Shown piece after piece: positions 1 through 11,820 of a stretch of DNA of 64,000 nucleotides. The DNA is from Mytilus californianus (lineage: Eukaryota). Position 1 is the stretch's first letter. Each line of letters opens with the position of its first letter. A program made the position numbers and the translations under genes. Location: NCBI RefSeq assembly GCF_021869535.1, contig NW_026262712.1, positions 24,614,001 to 24,678,000 of the forward strand, given 5' to 3'. Under the pieces are notes generated by a model. The model was not told where the DNA came from. It worked only from the letters and a program-made list of their open reading frames with translations, and ran no database searches.

Positions 1-585
1 GGTAAAGGACAGAAATTTAAGCCTCTCGAGAGAAGAGATGTTTCAGCTTCCGTTAACTGGTGTTTGGAAAGATTGACCACAATGTTGGAGGGCGAATCAG
101 TCTCTAGTGACCTACGTTTAAGCGCCTTACTCGTTTTCTCTTTTTTTCAGATGGTAAAGAAGGATTGATATGTTCGATGCCATCCCTACGGAATTTTCTT
201 TTCTGCCTTTCACTCAAATTTTGAGATTGTATGGTTGTTATGTCTTAAGGCGAGCACTGATAGCATCACAATTGTCAGATGTGAGATCTTTTTTGCAGCT
301 ATTTGAAAGGGTGTTAAATTCGCCAGTAAGAGTTTTCAGATATTCTTCGCAGTGTTGTTTGAGGAGGACCATTAACCGCTTGGAACAATGGTAGAGGGTT
401 TGATCCCATTTGCGAAGTAATGTGTTGGATAAATTGCCAGGTGTTTGTGGCATGAGCTTGATTTGTAGTCCGTTAGGAATACTTTCATTATACACATAAT
501 GGGTTAAATTAGATAAGTGGTGTTCAGTTCTAATTTGTTTTTGTTTAATAGCTCTAAGTTGTTTAAAATAATCATTGATGTTCAT
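1..585 (-). mobile_element. N-terminal portion of a Penelope-like element (PLE) ORF, inverted relative to the RT at 721-2556; two apparent 1-nt frameshifts; runs off the left edge of the window
   Basis: ORF 238-585 (RTEHHLSNL...IPNGLQIK) continues after two frameshifts into IVVNLSKHQLTEAETSLLSRGLNFCP (minus strand, about 83 to 3). This is the VVNLS...LLSKGLNF-P motif typical of the region upstream of PLE RT. Confidence 0.8.
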
Positions 586-720
586 GATATAAGAGCTGAA
601 AACTTAAATTCACTGGGATTATGTGAATGACATAATACAGGTCATTCAGATGAAAATAATATAGAAGTCTATAAAAAGGACCAACCAGCAAATTTACTAT
701 GTACCGGATCGTCTGAAAAA

Positions 721-2556
721 CTGAAAAACTTACGATCTAACGACAATATCGTCATTAAACCTGCAGACAAAGGCAGTGCAGTGGTTGTCATGGATATTTC
801 TGCCTATATTCAAGAGGCTGAACGACAACTTGGCGATGCAAGGTTCTACCAAAAACTAGACTCAGATCCTACAACATCTTTTAGCAGAGAAATAACTGAT
901 AGTTTGGTAGAAATGCACAACGATGGTTCCATCAATGAAAAGACTCTAGAATATTTGAAACCAGAAAATCCAAAACCGGGCAGATTTTATCTTTTACCTA
1001 AAATTCATAAGGCCAACAACCCAGGAAGACCTATAGTTTCAGCGAACGGTCATCCGACGGTAAAAATATCGGAATTCGTTGACTTCCATCTTCGTCAACA
1101 TGTTGAGGACTTACCATCTCACATCAAAGATACTACCGATTATCTTAGAAAATTGCAGGCCTTAAATCCACTCCCCTCCGACACGACACTTGTCTCTATG
1201 GACGTCACCTCCCTCTACACGAATATTCCACATGCAGATGGCATTGATGCATGTAAAGAAGTTTGGAATTCCCGACCAGTGAAATATCCACCTACTGAAT
1301 GCCTGGTCAAAATGCTCACGCTGGTACTTAAAAACAACAACTTCACTTTTGATGGAGACCATTATCTGCAAGTTAATGGAACTGCTATGGGCACCAAAAT
1401 GGCTCCATCATATGCCAACATATTTATGGGCAAATTAGAAAAACAACTCCTTGAATCTTCCATTGAAAAACCGCTTTCCTGGTTTAGATTTATAGATGAT
1501 GTGGATATGAAATGGAATAAAAGTGACGAGGATTTAGATACATTCATCACTCATGCCAACAACATACATCCAAGTATCAAATTCACTCATGAGAAATCTA
1601 AATCCAAAATCACCTTCCTCGATACCTCCAGCTCGCTCACAGATGGCATCATATCCACTGATCTATATTCTAAGCCTACTGACACTCACCAATATCTGTC
1701 CCCTAAAAGTTGCCATCCTGCTCATTTTACTAAGAGCATCCCGTACAGTCAGGCACTCAGAGTCAAGCGAATATGTTCCAACTCAGAAACAACTAAAAAA
1801 CAACTACGTGAACTCGAAACCCGCTTGAAGAGAAAGGGCTACAAACACAAAACTATCCAAAAAGGCTTTCAGAAAGCGGAAACTATTCCAAGGAGTAAAC
1901 TGTTAGAATACAAATATAAAAAGAAAAATAAAAGGACTCCATGTGTTCTTACTTACCACCAATCTCTCAAAAACAGCTTCGGTGTCATTCGTGAGCATTG
2001 GAAAACAGTTGAAAAGAATTCCAAACTATCCAAGATTTTTCCCGAGCCTCCCATGATAGCTTTTAGGCAACCCAATAGTCTGCGTAACCTGCTGGTGCGG
2101 GCTGAAGTGTCTGATAATAGAAGTACTTCTGGAGAATGTCGTTCGTGTGATGAAAAACGCTGCAAAAGCTGCCAACAGATGCATCACTCATCAACTTTTC
2201 ACAGTAAGGCAACCGAAAATAAATATAAGATATTTTGCAATGTTAACTGCAAAAGTATAAATGTTATTTACATTCTAGAATGTTCGGTTTGTGGCCTCCA
2301 ATATGTTGGTGAGTCAAAGCAGCCTTTCCACAAACGCCTCAATGGCCATAGGAGTGATATTTCTAAGAAGCCACTTCTCCCAGTTTCTCAGCATTTCAGA
2401 CAGTCTGGTCACACACTTTATGACTTTAACCGCATGAAGATCCTAGTGATTGAACAGAACATTCACTGGAGGGATGCCCAGCGACAGGTTCGGGAAAGCT
2501 TTTGGATAAAGGAACTAAATGTACATCATCCAAACGGCATCAATAAAAAATACTAA
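721..2556 (+). CDS. Penelope-like retroelement ORF: RT plus Cys-rich linker plus GIY-YIG endonuclease (Neptune-like architecture), 5'-truncated
   Basis: The frame is open from LKNLRSNDNIVIKPADKGSAVVVMD (721). RT motifs: FYLLPKIHK, DVTSLYTNIPH, GTAMGTKMAPSYANIFM, FRFIDD, FLD. Linker CRSCDEKRCKSC, then VIYILEC...QYVGES (GIY-YIG) and FHKRLNGH. No internal stops. Confidence 0.95.
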   Translation: MKNLRSNDNIVIKPADKGSAVVVMDISAYIQEAERQLGDARFYQKLDSDPTTSFSREITDSLVEMHNDGSINEKTLEYLKPENPKPGRFYLLPKIHKANNPGRPIVSANGHPTVKISEFVDFHLRQHVEDLPSHIKDTTDYLRKLQALNPLPSDTTLVSMDVTSLYTNIPHADGIDACKEVWNSRPVKYPPTECLVKMLTLVLKNNNFTFDGDHYLQVNGTAMGTKMAPSYANIFMGKLEKQLLESSIEKPLSWFRFIDDVDMKWNKSDEDLDTFITHANNIHPSIKFTHEKSKSKITFLDTSSSLTDGIISTDLYSKPTDTHQYLSPKSCHPAHFTKSIPYSQALRVKRICSNSETTKKQLRELETRLKRKGYKHKTIQKGFQKAETIPRSKLLEYKYKKKNKRTPCVLTYHQSLKNSFGVIREHWKTVEKNSKLSKIFPEPPMIAFRQPNSLRNLLVRAEVSDNRSTSGECRSCDEKRCKSCQQMHHSSTFHSKATENKYKIFCNVNCKSINVIYILECSVCGLQYVGESKQPFHKRLNGHRSDISKKPLLPVSQHFRQSGHTLYDFNRMKILVIEQNIHWRDAQRQVRESFWIKELNVHHPNGINKKY

Positions 2557-2727
2557 GTTTTATTTTTCACTCATTTTGGGTTGTAAATATACACAGTCAC
2601 GTATATTTGAGTATTGAGTTTTGTTTTATATTATGATGTTCAGGATTTTGGATTAAATCAATAGACCAAAACTTACCTGTATTATTGAGCTATTTTTATA
2701 CATATTATCAATATTGTTAAAATAATG

Positions 2728-2767
2728 GACACCGAAGAAGGCTATTTGTTAAGCCGAAATATTTGTC
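2728..2767 (+). ncRNA. Hammerhead-like motif in the PLE 3' UTR (variant core)
   Basis: GACA-CCGAAGA-A-GGCT(atttgtta)AGCC-GAAA-TA-TT-TGTC. Stems I and II pair, but the core is CCGAAGA instead of CUGANGA. Minimal hammerheads are a known feature of PLE pLTRs. Confidence 0.55.
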
Positions 2768-2836
2768 AACACGATTTATTAACAACATCTTCGTATAATA
2801 CCATCTTATATTAGTATCGTTGTGCAAATCTCTAGA

Positions 2837-2838
<2 letters not shown>

Positions 2839-2882
<44 letters not shown>
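2839..2882. repeat. (TA)22 microsatellite
   Basis: Read directly from the sequence. Confidence 0.98.
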
Positions 2883-2886
<4 letters not shown>

Positions 2887-3587
2887 GTCTAAATTGAAAA
2901 CAACGTTCAAACCTATGATTGCGTTGGATAAAAACCGCAATTTTTATACGTGTGCATGCAAAACAAATTTCTTGGTAGAGGGGTCTAAATACAGCACAAA
3001 CAACAATTTCCAAAAGACCAAAAAAAAGTGAAAAAGTCTATTTTAACAAAACGCATTTGACTAACAGGTCGAACAACTGATGTTCTTAAACCCTGCTGAC
3101 TGCCATTGGCGATTGCCAAATACATTGATCACCAGATCTAACAAAATGGATCTTAATATAAATTAAATACCAAACAGAAAACAATAAACTTGTGGAAAAG
3201 ATGGTATACCACAAACATGAGGTGCAAAAATTTGTACACCATATCCGGATTTCGACAATAAATGTCTCTTCAGTGATGTTAGGGATCGAAACGGTATTTG
3301 GAAGGCCATATGATTTACCTCAATTTGGGATAGACTCTTGAATTTTAAAGAGTCGAAATAGGATGAACGGATCATATAAACCCAAAGGAAAATATAATAC
3401 AAGCCCAAACAAAAAATATAAAAAGTCTTAATTGAAAACAACGTTCAAACCTATGATTGCGTTGGATAAAAACCGCAATTTTTATACGTGTGCATGCAAA
3501 ACAAATTATTTGGTAGAGGGGTCTAAATACAGCACAAACAACAATTTCCAAAAGACAAAAAAAAAGTGAAAAAGTCTATTTTAACAA
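2883..3587 (-). mobile_element. Non-coding retrozyme/pLTR-like element: 538-bp unit plus 167-bp direct terminal repeat, with an internal hammerhead
   Basis: 2883-3049 and 3421-3587 are direct repeats with about 4 mismatches. The element is flanked by TA tracts on both sides and has no meaningful ORF. Confidence 0.8.
3237..3278 (-). ncRNA. Minimal type I hammerhead ribozyme
   Basis: Minus strand: CAUCA-CUGAAGA-GAC(auuuauu)GUC-GAAA-U(CCGG)A-UA/UGGUG. The core is intact, stems I and II pair, and loop III is palindromic. Predicted cleavage is between 3242 and 3241. Confidence 0.85.
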
Positions 3588-3609
3588 TATATATATATAT
3601 ATATATATA
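3588..3609. repeat. (TA)11 microsatellite
   Basis: Read directly from the sequence. Confidence 0.95.
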
Positions 3610-6201
3610 AATGTTATATATAAACTCGACTTGTATAAAAAGATGTTCTGAGAAAAGTGAAAGAGAAAAAAAGAAAGAAAAACAGTGGTATGAACCGAGA
3701 AAAGATTACGTCGCTAGTATGCGTTTTAAATCCTGTTATAAGTTTTTATTTAAGTAAGTGGGTGTGCATTTTTATAAAAATTCCACAGATAGGTTACGGT
3801 ATTCTGTATAACGTACAACATGACGCAATTTGGAAGAAATAGGCATAAAAAGACTAGGGATCTTAACTAAAAGAATTAATTACATGTATATTCATTTTAC
3901 TTTGTAAAACACTTGCGTTCAAGAGTCCAATTTTGGACAAATACATATTAAGACCCTCAATTACAAAAAATAAAATGGTTAAAAAGTTTCACGTAAATAC
4001 ATATGACTTTGATTTATGAACTTTAAAATACAATTATGTTTTGCCATTTGTAGTAAAAAATCTGCTGTATCGTTAGTCCAATTTCATTCGTAGTTTATAA
4101 TAATGCTGACATTTCAATTGTTTAGATTCTGTCATAAACTCGAGTATTATCTGTTCAATTCAATAAATTGCTACTCTAAAAGTCGTGTTTAATCCGTGTT
4201 TATCTGTTGATGGTGCACCCTGTTTGCAAAGGGGCATAACTACTTACACATTTGTTACACTCTGGAAGTTTCAAGCTGTGTGTGGTTGTATGCTGTTAGT
4301 CCAATAGAAAGTTCAATTTCTTTTATAAAAAAGAAATTTGATTTAAACACAAACGTTTTGAGCTCTTTACGGATGATAAAATAATACATTTAACCCCAAA
4401 CATTCATTTAAATGATAAACATAAGTACATGTAAATCTCAATTCTGCATATTTGTAAAGAATAATGTAGAAATTCTCGATTTGATAGATATTGCAACCGA
4501 ATGTGACTTTGAATGTTAAAATGTGTTTTAATTGTTATAATTAATTGTACTGCAGATGTTACTATTTTAACGACTTTAGCTAACTTGAAACATAAACAGC
4601 TGCATAAAAAACGAAATTATATTTCTGCAACATTTAAAAACGTGAAAGTCGGTAATTTTAAGTCGGTAATTTCAAGACAGAATTCTGCAATTTATGACGA
4701 CTTTATGTGCATTCTCTGCTTCTGACACAACAACTATTGTCGGACATTTATAAATAGAACAAAATAAACAGTCGTTAATTTTAATTTTCAATTCTTTCAT
4801 ATCTTTGAAGTATTTGTATTGTAAGCAGACGATATAATGTTTACGATATTACTGGATGGTTCTATTCATAAAGTATATTGAATGAATTTGTAGAGCATTG
4901 TAAACAATTCCAATTAAGACTAAATTTTCGAAAAACAAATTTAATGATATTTTAAAGGTGATGAAGTATATTAAGCCCGAAATAATGTTGATCTAGAGAA
5001 TGTATGGATATTTATTTAATACATTTGTTGATTTGAACTTGTTCATCCTTTTTTAACCATGCATCTGAAATGGTTATGATATTACAAACCCTCAGCATAA
5101 AACTTGATGATAAAACTCAAAATCAATCCTGAATTGTAATTTTTGTCTAGACAATATTTCCGCGAAAAACTTAAATTAAGAGAGATACTAAATATATATA
5201 AAATACGTGTTTTTATCATTAATATGAAACGACTATAGCAGTAATTACATTCGTACTCGATCGAAACCGTGCCTAAATAACTAATTTCAATCAAACAACG
5301 TTATTGCCTTGCCTTACGTAAGATGTCCGACATAGAGAACTAAACTTCATACAATTGGGTTTATCGGAATAGAAGATCATGGGCAAACATTTAGGGTAAA
5401 GTACTTATAGGGTATTCAAATGAAGTACCAAAAAAAAAAACTCATGACTAGGCTTATAGTTGTGCACAAAAAAACCCCGAAAGTTTCGAAAACATTTGGC
5501 CACGGCTAAGGCGATCTATAACATGTGGAAGAAAAATCTGAACTTTTGAAAAATGAAATAAATCAAAAAGAGTAAATACAGAAAATGAATATGTATGGAA
5601 TGTATATATTTTTATAAACGATGATACATGTGTCATCTCAACACATATGCAACTATTCCAGTGATAATCCTGTTCGATAACACTGCATGTTACTGGTTTA
5701 AATAGGATTATGTAAACATTACTGGTTACCCGTATGATGATTTAGAAAATTAAAAAAATATATAAATATTTCACCTCGGTTACCAGCCATTCGAGGTTTT
5801 CTTTTATTGATATGAAATAATATCATAAAATAATTGCATTAAGAATCAGAATACTAATCTACACTGATCAAGTTGATGACTTAATATCTTCTTTAATCTA
5901 GCTATATCCTTGGGTATTATTAGAGTGACAATAACGTGTCATATTTAATTGAAATTATATTGAATTATTTGCACGGGCAAAAATAGTGTCAAAAATCTTC
6001 TACGTTTGAAAATCATTTGGTCGCCGTTTTTGACGTACTAACTTCATAATTTTATCAAAATAAACAACATGGATCCACTTTAAAAAGAAAAGAAACAATG
6101 TTTAAATATATGCTGCTTTAAGGTGAGACAATTACTGAAAACGCATGCATCCAGCATTTATTTGAATTTAATCATAAAAATCTAACAAAATATATCAACA
6201 G

Positions 6202-6850
6202 TTGCTTGACAAGGCTAAAATGCCTTCACTGCATATTACAAGACAAAGATAAATCGCAATTGAAACTTTTAATATAGTTAATAAATTATCACCTGTCTGT
6301 TAACATGATCTATAAAATGTAAAAGATTGTAAATATTCTTTCAGATATGATAATATACTGGATATATCACATGTAACAACTACACAGTTTGATAAGAAAA
6401 GTTTTAAATTTGCATCTGCTACTCTGTGGAACAGCCTACCTGGCCATTTCAGGACTGAGAACAGTTTTTTTCTCAATCTAAGAGCCTTATGCAGTCCTGG
6501 AATGGTTAAAAGTTCTGTTGTTCTGCATGTAGATAAGCTTTTTCATACTTGAGTAATTGCTTTAAATGTTATTATGCATTACATGTTGGATGCTTGCTAT
6601 ATTTTTATTTGTGCTTATATTTTATTCATGCTTCAGTTTTGGCATGTTTAGATATGTATTTAAGATGTGCTTTGCATCTATTTCAATTTGCCTGTGCTGT
6701 CATATATCTTGTCTGCATGTTGTGTGTTTTAATGTTGTGTTTATGTTATTATACATGTTATATATTCGGTAAAAGGCTCTGAAGAGCTTATGTTTGTATT
6801 GTTATATGTAAACCGAATCCAAATAATACTTTCGAATTCGTATTCGTATC
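6202..6850 (+). mobile_element. 3' fragment of a CR1/L2-group LINE
   Basis: Decayed frame LLDKAKMPSLH...AIETFNIVNKLSP...VTTTQFDKKSFKFASATLWNSLP...SWNG...CCSACR* (stop at 6534-6536), followed by an AT-rich UTR and a ttcgtattcgtat tail. Confidence 0.75.
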
Positions 6851-7604
6851 TTGACAAGCCGGCCCAAGTTGTCTGTGAATGTAAACAGTCATGGTTGATG
6901 CATATATATCTCTATTTTGAGCTAGAGATAGATATATATTAAAGTAAAGGTGAAGTATGCAATTTATTAAAAATAATGAGACCCACTTTCATGAATATTT
7001 AAAGTAATACGTTTTAATTAATAACTAGATGAATACATGTAGTGTCGTTGTTTACTTCCGACAGCGGCCGCCATTTTAAAAATATTGCTAACGAATGCAA
7101 AATTCTTTTCAATCAAAATTTGAAGCAAAAAGTTTGTTACCTTAATTGATTTGGTTTTCGATTTCATTAAACATGTTAAAATGAATTTGTTGTCAATCTT
7201 TTTTATGTTGATAATAAATAAGATGTGAAAATTGACAATTTAAGAAGGTCCCATTGCCATTTAGTCGAGTTTTAACGAAGAAGTCAATGGAAGCTGTGAA
7301 GATATATCACCTCTATTTTCAAACCTATTTTGAACCAAGAAAGCATATTTCTGAACTAAAACTTAAATCATTTTAATTGTTAAAATAAAATAACTGTAAA
7401 ACGCGGGGTTGGAAGGTAAATTACTCTATGTAACAAAAATGTTATGATCGTTTAATCTGTGTAGCCTTTTCATTTTCATAGATAAGCAATCGGCCATTAA
7501 TGATATACAACTGAACTGTAAAAGTCACTTGATGACTGCGATAGTTGGATACGGAAAAAACACTCTATGTGAACAATTAATTGTACCATGCTATGCTCTG
7601 TTAA

Positions 7605-8040
7605 GGTAGCACAATACAAAGATTTTTCATCCCCAATCAGACAACTTTAAACTGATGTAATCCTCTCATTCTTCTTTAAATTTTATAAATGAGGTACCAA
7701 AAGAAAGAAGAAGGATTAATCTTTCAAATTGTGATAATTTCATTATGACACAGTTTTGGAGGTCAAGCTGTGTTGTACAAGAATCCATGAAATATTTTGG
7801 GATGCTATGAATAACAAAGAAGCTAAATTCATTCAAGTATGGGTATCACAATATAGCAACTAATTACATAACAATTAATTATGTAATAATTATGTCATAA
7901 TGAAATTATCACAATTTGAAACATTAATCTTTCTTCATTCTTTTGGTACCACATTTATAAAATTTAAAGGAGGATGAAATGAATTACATCAGTTTAAGGT
8001 TGTCTGATTAAGAGTGAAAAAATCTTTGTATTGTAATACC
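7605..8040. mobile_element. Fold-back MITE with about 146-bp terminal inverted repeats and TTAA/TTCA flanks (Kolobok-like ends)
   Basis: 7605-7750 is the reverse complement of 7893-8040 with few mismatches. Termini are GG...CC and the left flank is TTAA. Confidence 0.85.
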
Positions 8041-8833
8041 TTCAAAAGAACTTTGGGTCATGGAGTCACTGCTTTGGTACTGGCATGATGTAGTCCGATG
8101 ACGGTTGCACCTAGGAATGCAGCTCTTCGGACGCAAGCAATTATTAACTAATAAATCAATCATTAAAAACGTTAATTTCTTACCTTTTACAAGAATAAAC
8201 CAACTTTCTGAATCAACAATAATGGGACGGATCACGAATAAAATGTTGAAGCTTAGTTGAACCTTTTGAAGAATAATAAATCCTAAAATCCTTTGTACAA
8301 CAAGACAGTAAGTAAGAATGATCGTATTCACTGTCGCTAGATCCTATCATATCATATCAATAATTTACTTTACTAGGTTTATATAAAATTAGTTTTTAAA
8401 GAATTATGCTTGTCGTTTTGCTCAGATAGGCACATATATAAATGGATCAATGGGACTTAATTAAAAAAGCATGCTTTTTACAATATGACAAAGAAACAAT
8501 CATTGGAAATATTCATGCCTAATTTAACTGAACACAAAGGGCAATCATAGTATATACATAAGTTAAAGCACATGCTAGTAATGCACTAAACGAAATAAGA
8601 AAAACAGATATTTTCAAAATTAAACGACAAATTGTATATGACTTGATTGACGTCACATGGTGATCCTAAACCCAAAAACAAAAAGTGTTTGAAGCGGGCA
8701 GAATATTAGTTAAAATTCAGAGAAAGTAAATACTAGTACACAATATTTTCCTGTTAGACTAATCCATGGGTACCATTCAAACAAAAGCAAATGACTCAGT
8801 ATTGGTATGATCAAAAGGGCTCTTGTTTGTTTT

Positions 8834-9044
8834 CATGTGGATTCTTTTATTTTCTTGCGTACCAATTTTCGTAGATTGAGACAAACTAATATGTTCGTGG
8901 ATATTTAATTTCGTGGTTTTGCAGAAGTCTGCATACAAGCCTATAGACAATTCGTTATTCGTTGAACAGCTATTTCCGTGGTTCACCTGTTACCACGAAA
9001 CCCACGAAAATTGGGATCCAATGATTAATAATGATTCCACAGTA
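8834..9044. mobile_element. Short MITE with (TA)CTGT...ACAG(TA)-type ends; left end decayed
   Basis: Imperfect TIRs (tgtggattc...ttttc and gaaaattgggatccaatgattaataatgattccacagta). A related fragment lies at about 16740-16800. Confidence 0.55.
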
Positions 9045-9082
9045 GATGACTTAATTATTTATTTGTGGAAACTTTTGATTTT

Positions 9083-9165
9083 AAACGCATTGAGTTAACA
9101 TTAAACGTAAACGCATTGAGTTAAAAGAAAACGTAAACGCATTGAGTTAACATTAAACATAAACG
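9083..9165. repeat. 26-bp tandem minisatellite, about 3 copies
   Basis: The unit aaacgcattgagttaacattaaacgt starts at 9083, 9109 and 9135. Confidence 0.9.
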
Positions 9166-9284
9166 GCTTTGATTGTTTTCTTTTATATTCTTGATGTCCC
9201 TAATATAGAAAGATTTTTATCATTTTTATTACGGGTTGAGTGAAATCAACTCATCATAGATACCAGAATTGAAATGTTGTATTT

Positions 9285-9328
9285 GCGCCAGACGCGCGTT
9301 TCGTCTTCAAAAGACTCATCAGTGGCAC
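9285..9328 (-). ncRNA. Minimal type I hammerhead ribozyme inside a short interspersed repeat (about 9245-9370)
   Basis: Minus strand: GUGCCA-CUGAUGA-GUC(uuuugaa)GAC-GAAA-C(GCGC)G-UC/UGGCGC. Canonical core, 6-bp stem I, GUC cleavage triplet and palindromic loop III. Confidence 0.9.
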
Positions 9329-9899
9329 TCGAATAAAAAAAAATTAAAAAGGTCAAATAAAGTACGAGGTTATACAGAGAGTGAATTTACATTGCTGTAC
9401 GACGTGTCTGGGTATTTGTACATCCAACATTCATGTACTTATTTTTGATGTTTTTGGTATGATTCCGGTTGAATAATGTGTTATGTCGTATCGTTTGTTG
9501 TCCAAATAATTATAAAATTGCCTTTCAATACCACCATTGTCATATTCCCGAATATAACTGTTATACTGAATGTGAATTTGCATTGCTGCTGTGCAGCGTG
9601 TCTCGGTGTTTTGTAGTCCAAATAGTTATAAAATTGCCTTTCCATACAACCATTGTTATGAACAATTTTTTTGGGACTAATATTGTAAAATATTTGTATA
9701 AAGTTCGAGATTGCATGTGAGTTACGTAAGCGCGTCACTGTTATTAATATCCTGTGGTCGTTGATGGAATATGTTCGTTGTTGTTCTGCAGTTTGCATGT
9801 TGTGTCGACTATTATATTATTTGTTTGTGCGTTTCTCTGTTATGAATGTTCTTGCGTGTGCTTGTGTTGTAGTTCTGTCACGTAGTGTTTAAGCGATAT

Positions 9900-10180
9900 T
9901 TTTAACATTGTCATAAAGCGGGAGATTTGGCTTGCCATTAAACCAGGTTCAACCCATCATTTTGTCTTAAAATGACCTGTACCAAGTCAGGAATAAGACA
10001 GTTGTTATCAAATAGTTCGTTCCTATGTGTGTTGGCGTTTGTTTTTGTTGCACTTCGGTGTTCCTGTTCTTCCTCTGTTTTCCTCTTATAGTTGATGTGT
10101 TTCCCTCGGTTTAGGTGTGTGTTTTTCCCAATCGATTTATGACTTTTGAACACCGGTTTACTACTGTTGCCTTTATTAAG
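9900..10180 (+). mobile_element. 3'-tail variant of PLE family A
   Basis: Contains aaaccaggttcaa...cctgtaccaagtcaggaataagacagttgtt, shared with 56810-56890. Confidence 0.65.
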
Positions 10181-10465
10181 TCATAACATTATTATTCCGT
10201 ATATCAACACAAGTCTGAAAACAATCAGTATTCATTGACCTACAACGTAGTGACCCCGTACTCATAAACGTAATAGTCATAATCTATACAAATACCAATC
10301 TTCATTTAATTTTAAAGTATAGTGGTCAGTCATAACATTATTATTCCGTACATCAACACAAGTCTGAAAGAAATCAGTATTCATTGAACTGCATCGAAGT
10401 AAGACAAGACTCGTCAATATTATAGACATTTATCAATCTTCATACAATTTCAAAGTATCTAATAG
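10179..10465. repeat. Tandem duplication, about 149-bp period, 2 copies
   Basis: agtcataacattattattccgta...aacacaagtctgaaa...atcagtattcattga occurs at 10179 and 10328. Confidence 0.85.
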
Positions 10466-11780
10466 TAAGTGTCAAATCCTGGGATAGAAATTATCGTTTA
10501 AGATGTTAAATGGACCATAGTGAAAGCATGTGATCAGTGAAAAATTAATGAAAAGAATACGATAGATTACCTTGCTTTGACACTCACAAAACATATTTAA
10601 GTAGTATGCTTCCCTGACCAAGATTGCTTTGATGGTCCTTTGGGATGAAAAACCATGGGTTCATTAATATGTTGATGTCATCAAGTACATGTTAAATGTT
10701 GTGTTTGGTAGCATAACATATATGCCTTATACCAAATCAAATCTATAACTCAGATATTTTATCAGATTATCTACTAGTATTAGATTAGTTTACGTTGATC
10801 CATGTTGTTGAGAGTTAAATGAAGTGTTGTTTCAATAATTCTACCACTTGGTCGATGTCAAAAGGCATCATCAGATCTGTGGGTAGTACTGCGTTACTGA
10901 CATTATTTATTGCTTAATGAAAGACGAAAGATACTAAAAGAACAGTCATTTGTCGTAAATAAACTGACAACGCCATGACTAGAAAGGAAAAGGACAAAAA
11001 AAAAACAAAAATAAAAAAACAACAGTTAACAAAACATTACAAAGCACCGGGGTTGATTTGGGCAAACAGTTTATTGCAATTGGATTGCATGTAACTTTGC
11101 TCTTCTTTGTAGGTTTGTCATATAGCTCATAGTATATTCAAACTCAAGTATGTGACTTTCCAGTAATTGTAATAGAGCTTTCCTGATAAAAGCGAAAAAA
11201 AAGTGCTTTGGACTCAACACGTCTTTGAGTAATAAAGTCATATTCTAGCACAGTGTTGATATTGTTGTTTTTGGCTTTCCATTCTCCGAGATTAGCACCA
11301 GCTATGAAGTAAGTTCATCAGTACCGACATGATTTATAACATAATTTGTGTAACTATCAAATTTTTCGAACACTCCTAGGCAAATTTATCATTTAATGGA
11401 TTTGCCATTGTTTTTGGGTCCTTTTTCATGTTTTTGCTCATCATATAGCTCACACCGAAATCAAGCGCTCATGCTTCTAGTCTTTCATCTTTTTCTTTTT
11501 GTTGTGGTTAAGCGGGTTTTTGATGAATATATATCAAGAAAAGAACTGTAGACGCACCACACTTATTAGAATGTTTTTTTTTCATTTTATAACGCTGCTG
11601 TTGGCCTGCCAATCTAAGGAAGTATCATCAGCTTAACAGTCAGTGCTTTTGTACTGACATTATTCCCAACATTCATTTTTTTTAATTATCCGATGAATAA
11701 TTGACTGAAGTCTCGATTTACTCAGGCAGATTTCATTTTTCATAGTTTTGAAAGTAAAAAGAACACTTAACAAATTGCAT

Positions 11781-11820
11781 GCGTCTGAATCGCTTTTCTT
11801 AATTTACCTTCATCAGGAAC
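11781..11820 (-). ncRNA. Degenerate hammerhead, same family as 63944-63985
   Basis: CTGATGA-AGGTAAAT...GAAA-AGCGAT-TC is present, but stem II and part of stem I are disrupted. Confidence 0.5.

Noticed and set aside
2717-3031. ORFs containing IYIYIY runs
   Set aside because: Translation artefacts of the (TA)n microsatellite.
6549-6782. Hydrophobic, Cys-rich short ORFs (also 58298-58685 and similar)
   Set aside because: They arise from TG-rich 3' UTRs of retroelements and have no splice or domain support.
9083-9165. 26-bp repeats as a possible CRISPR array
   Set aside because: The units are adjacent with no unique spacers, there are no cas genes, and the context is eukaryotic.
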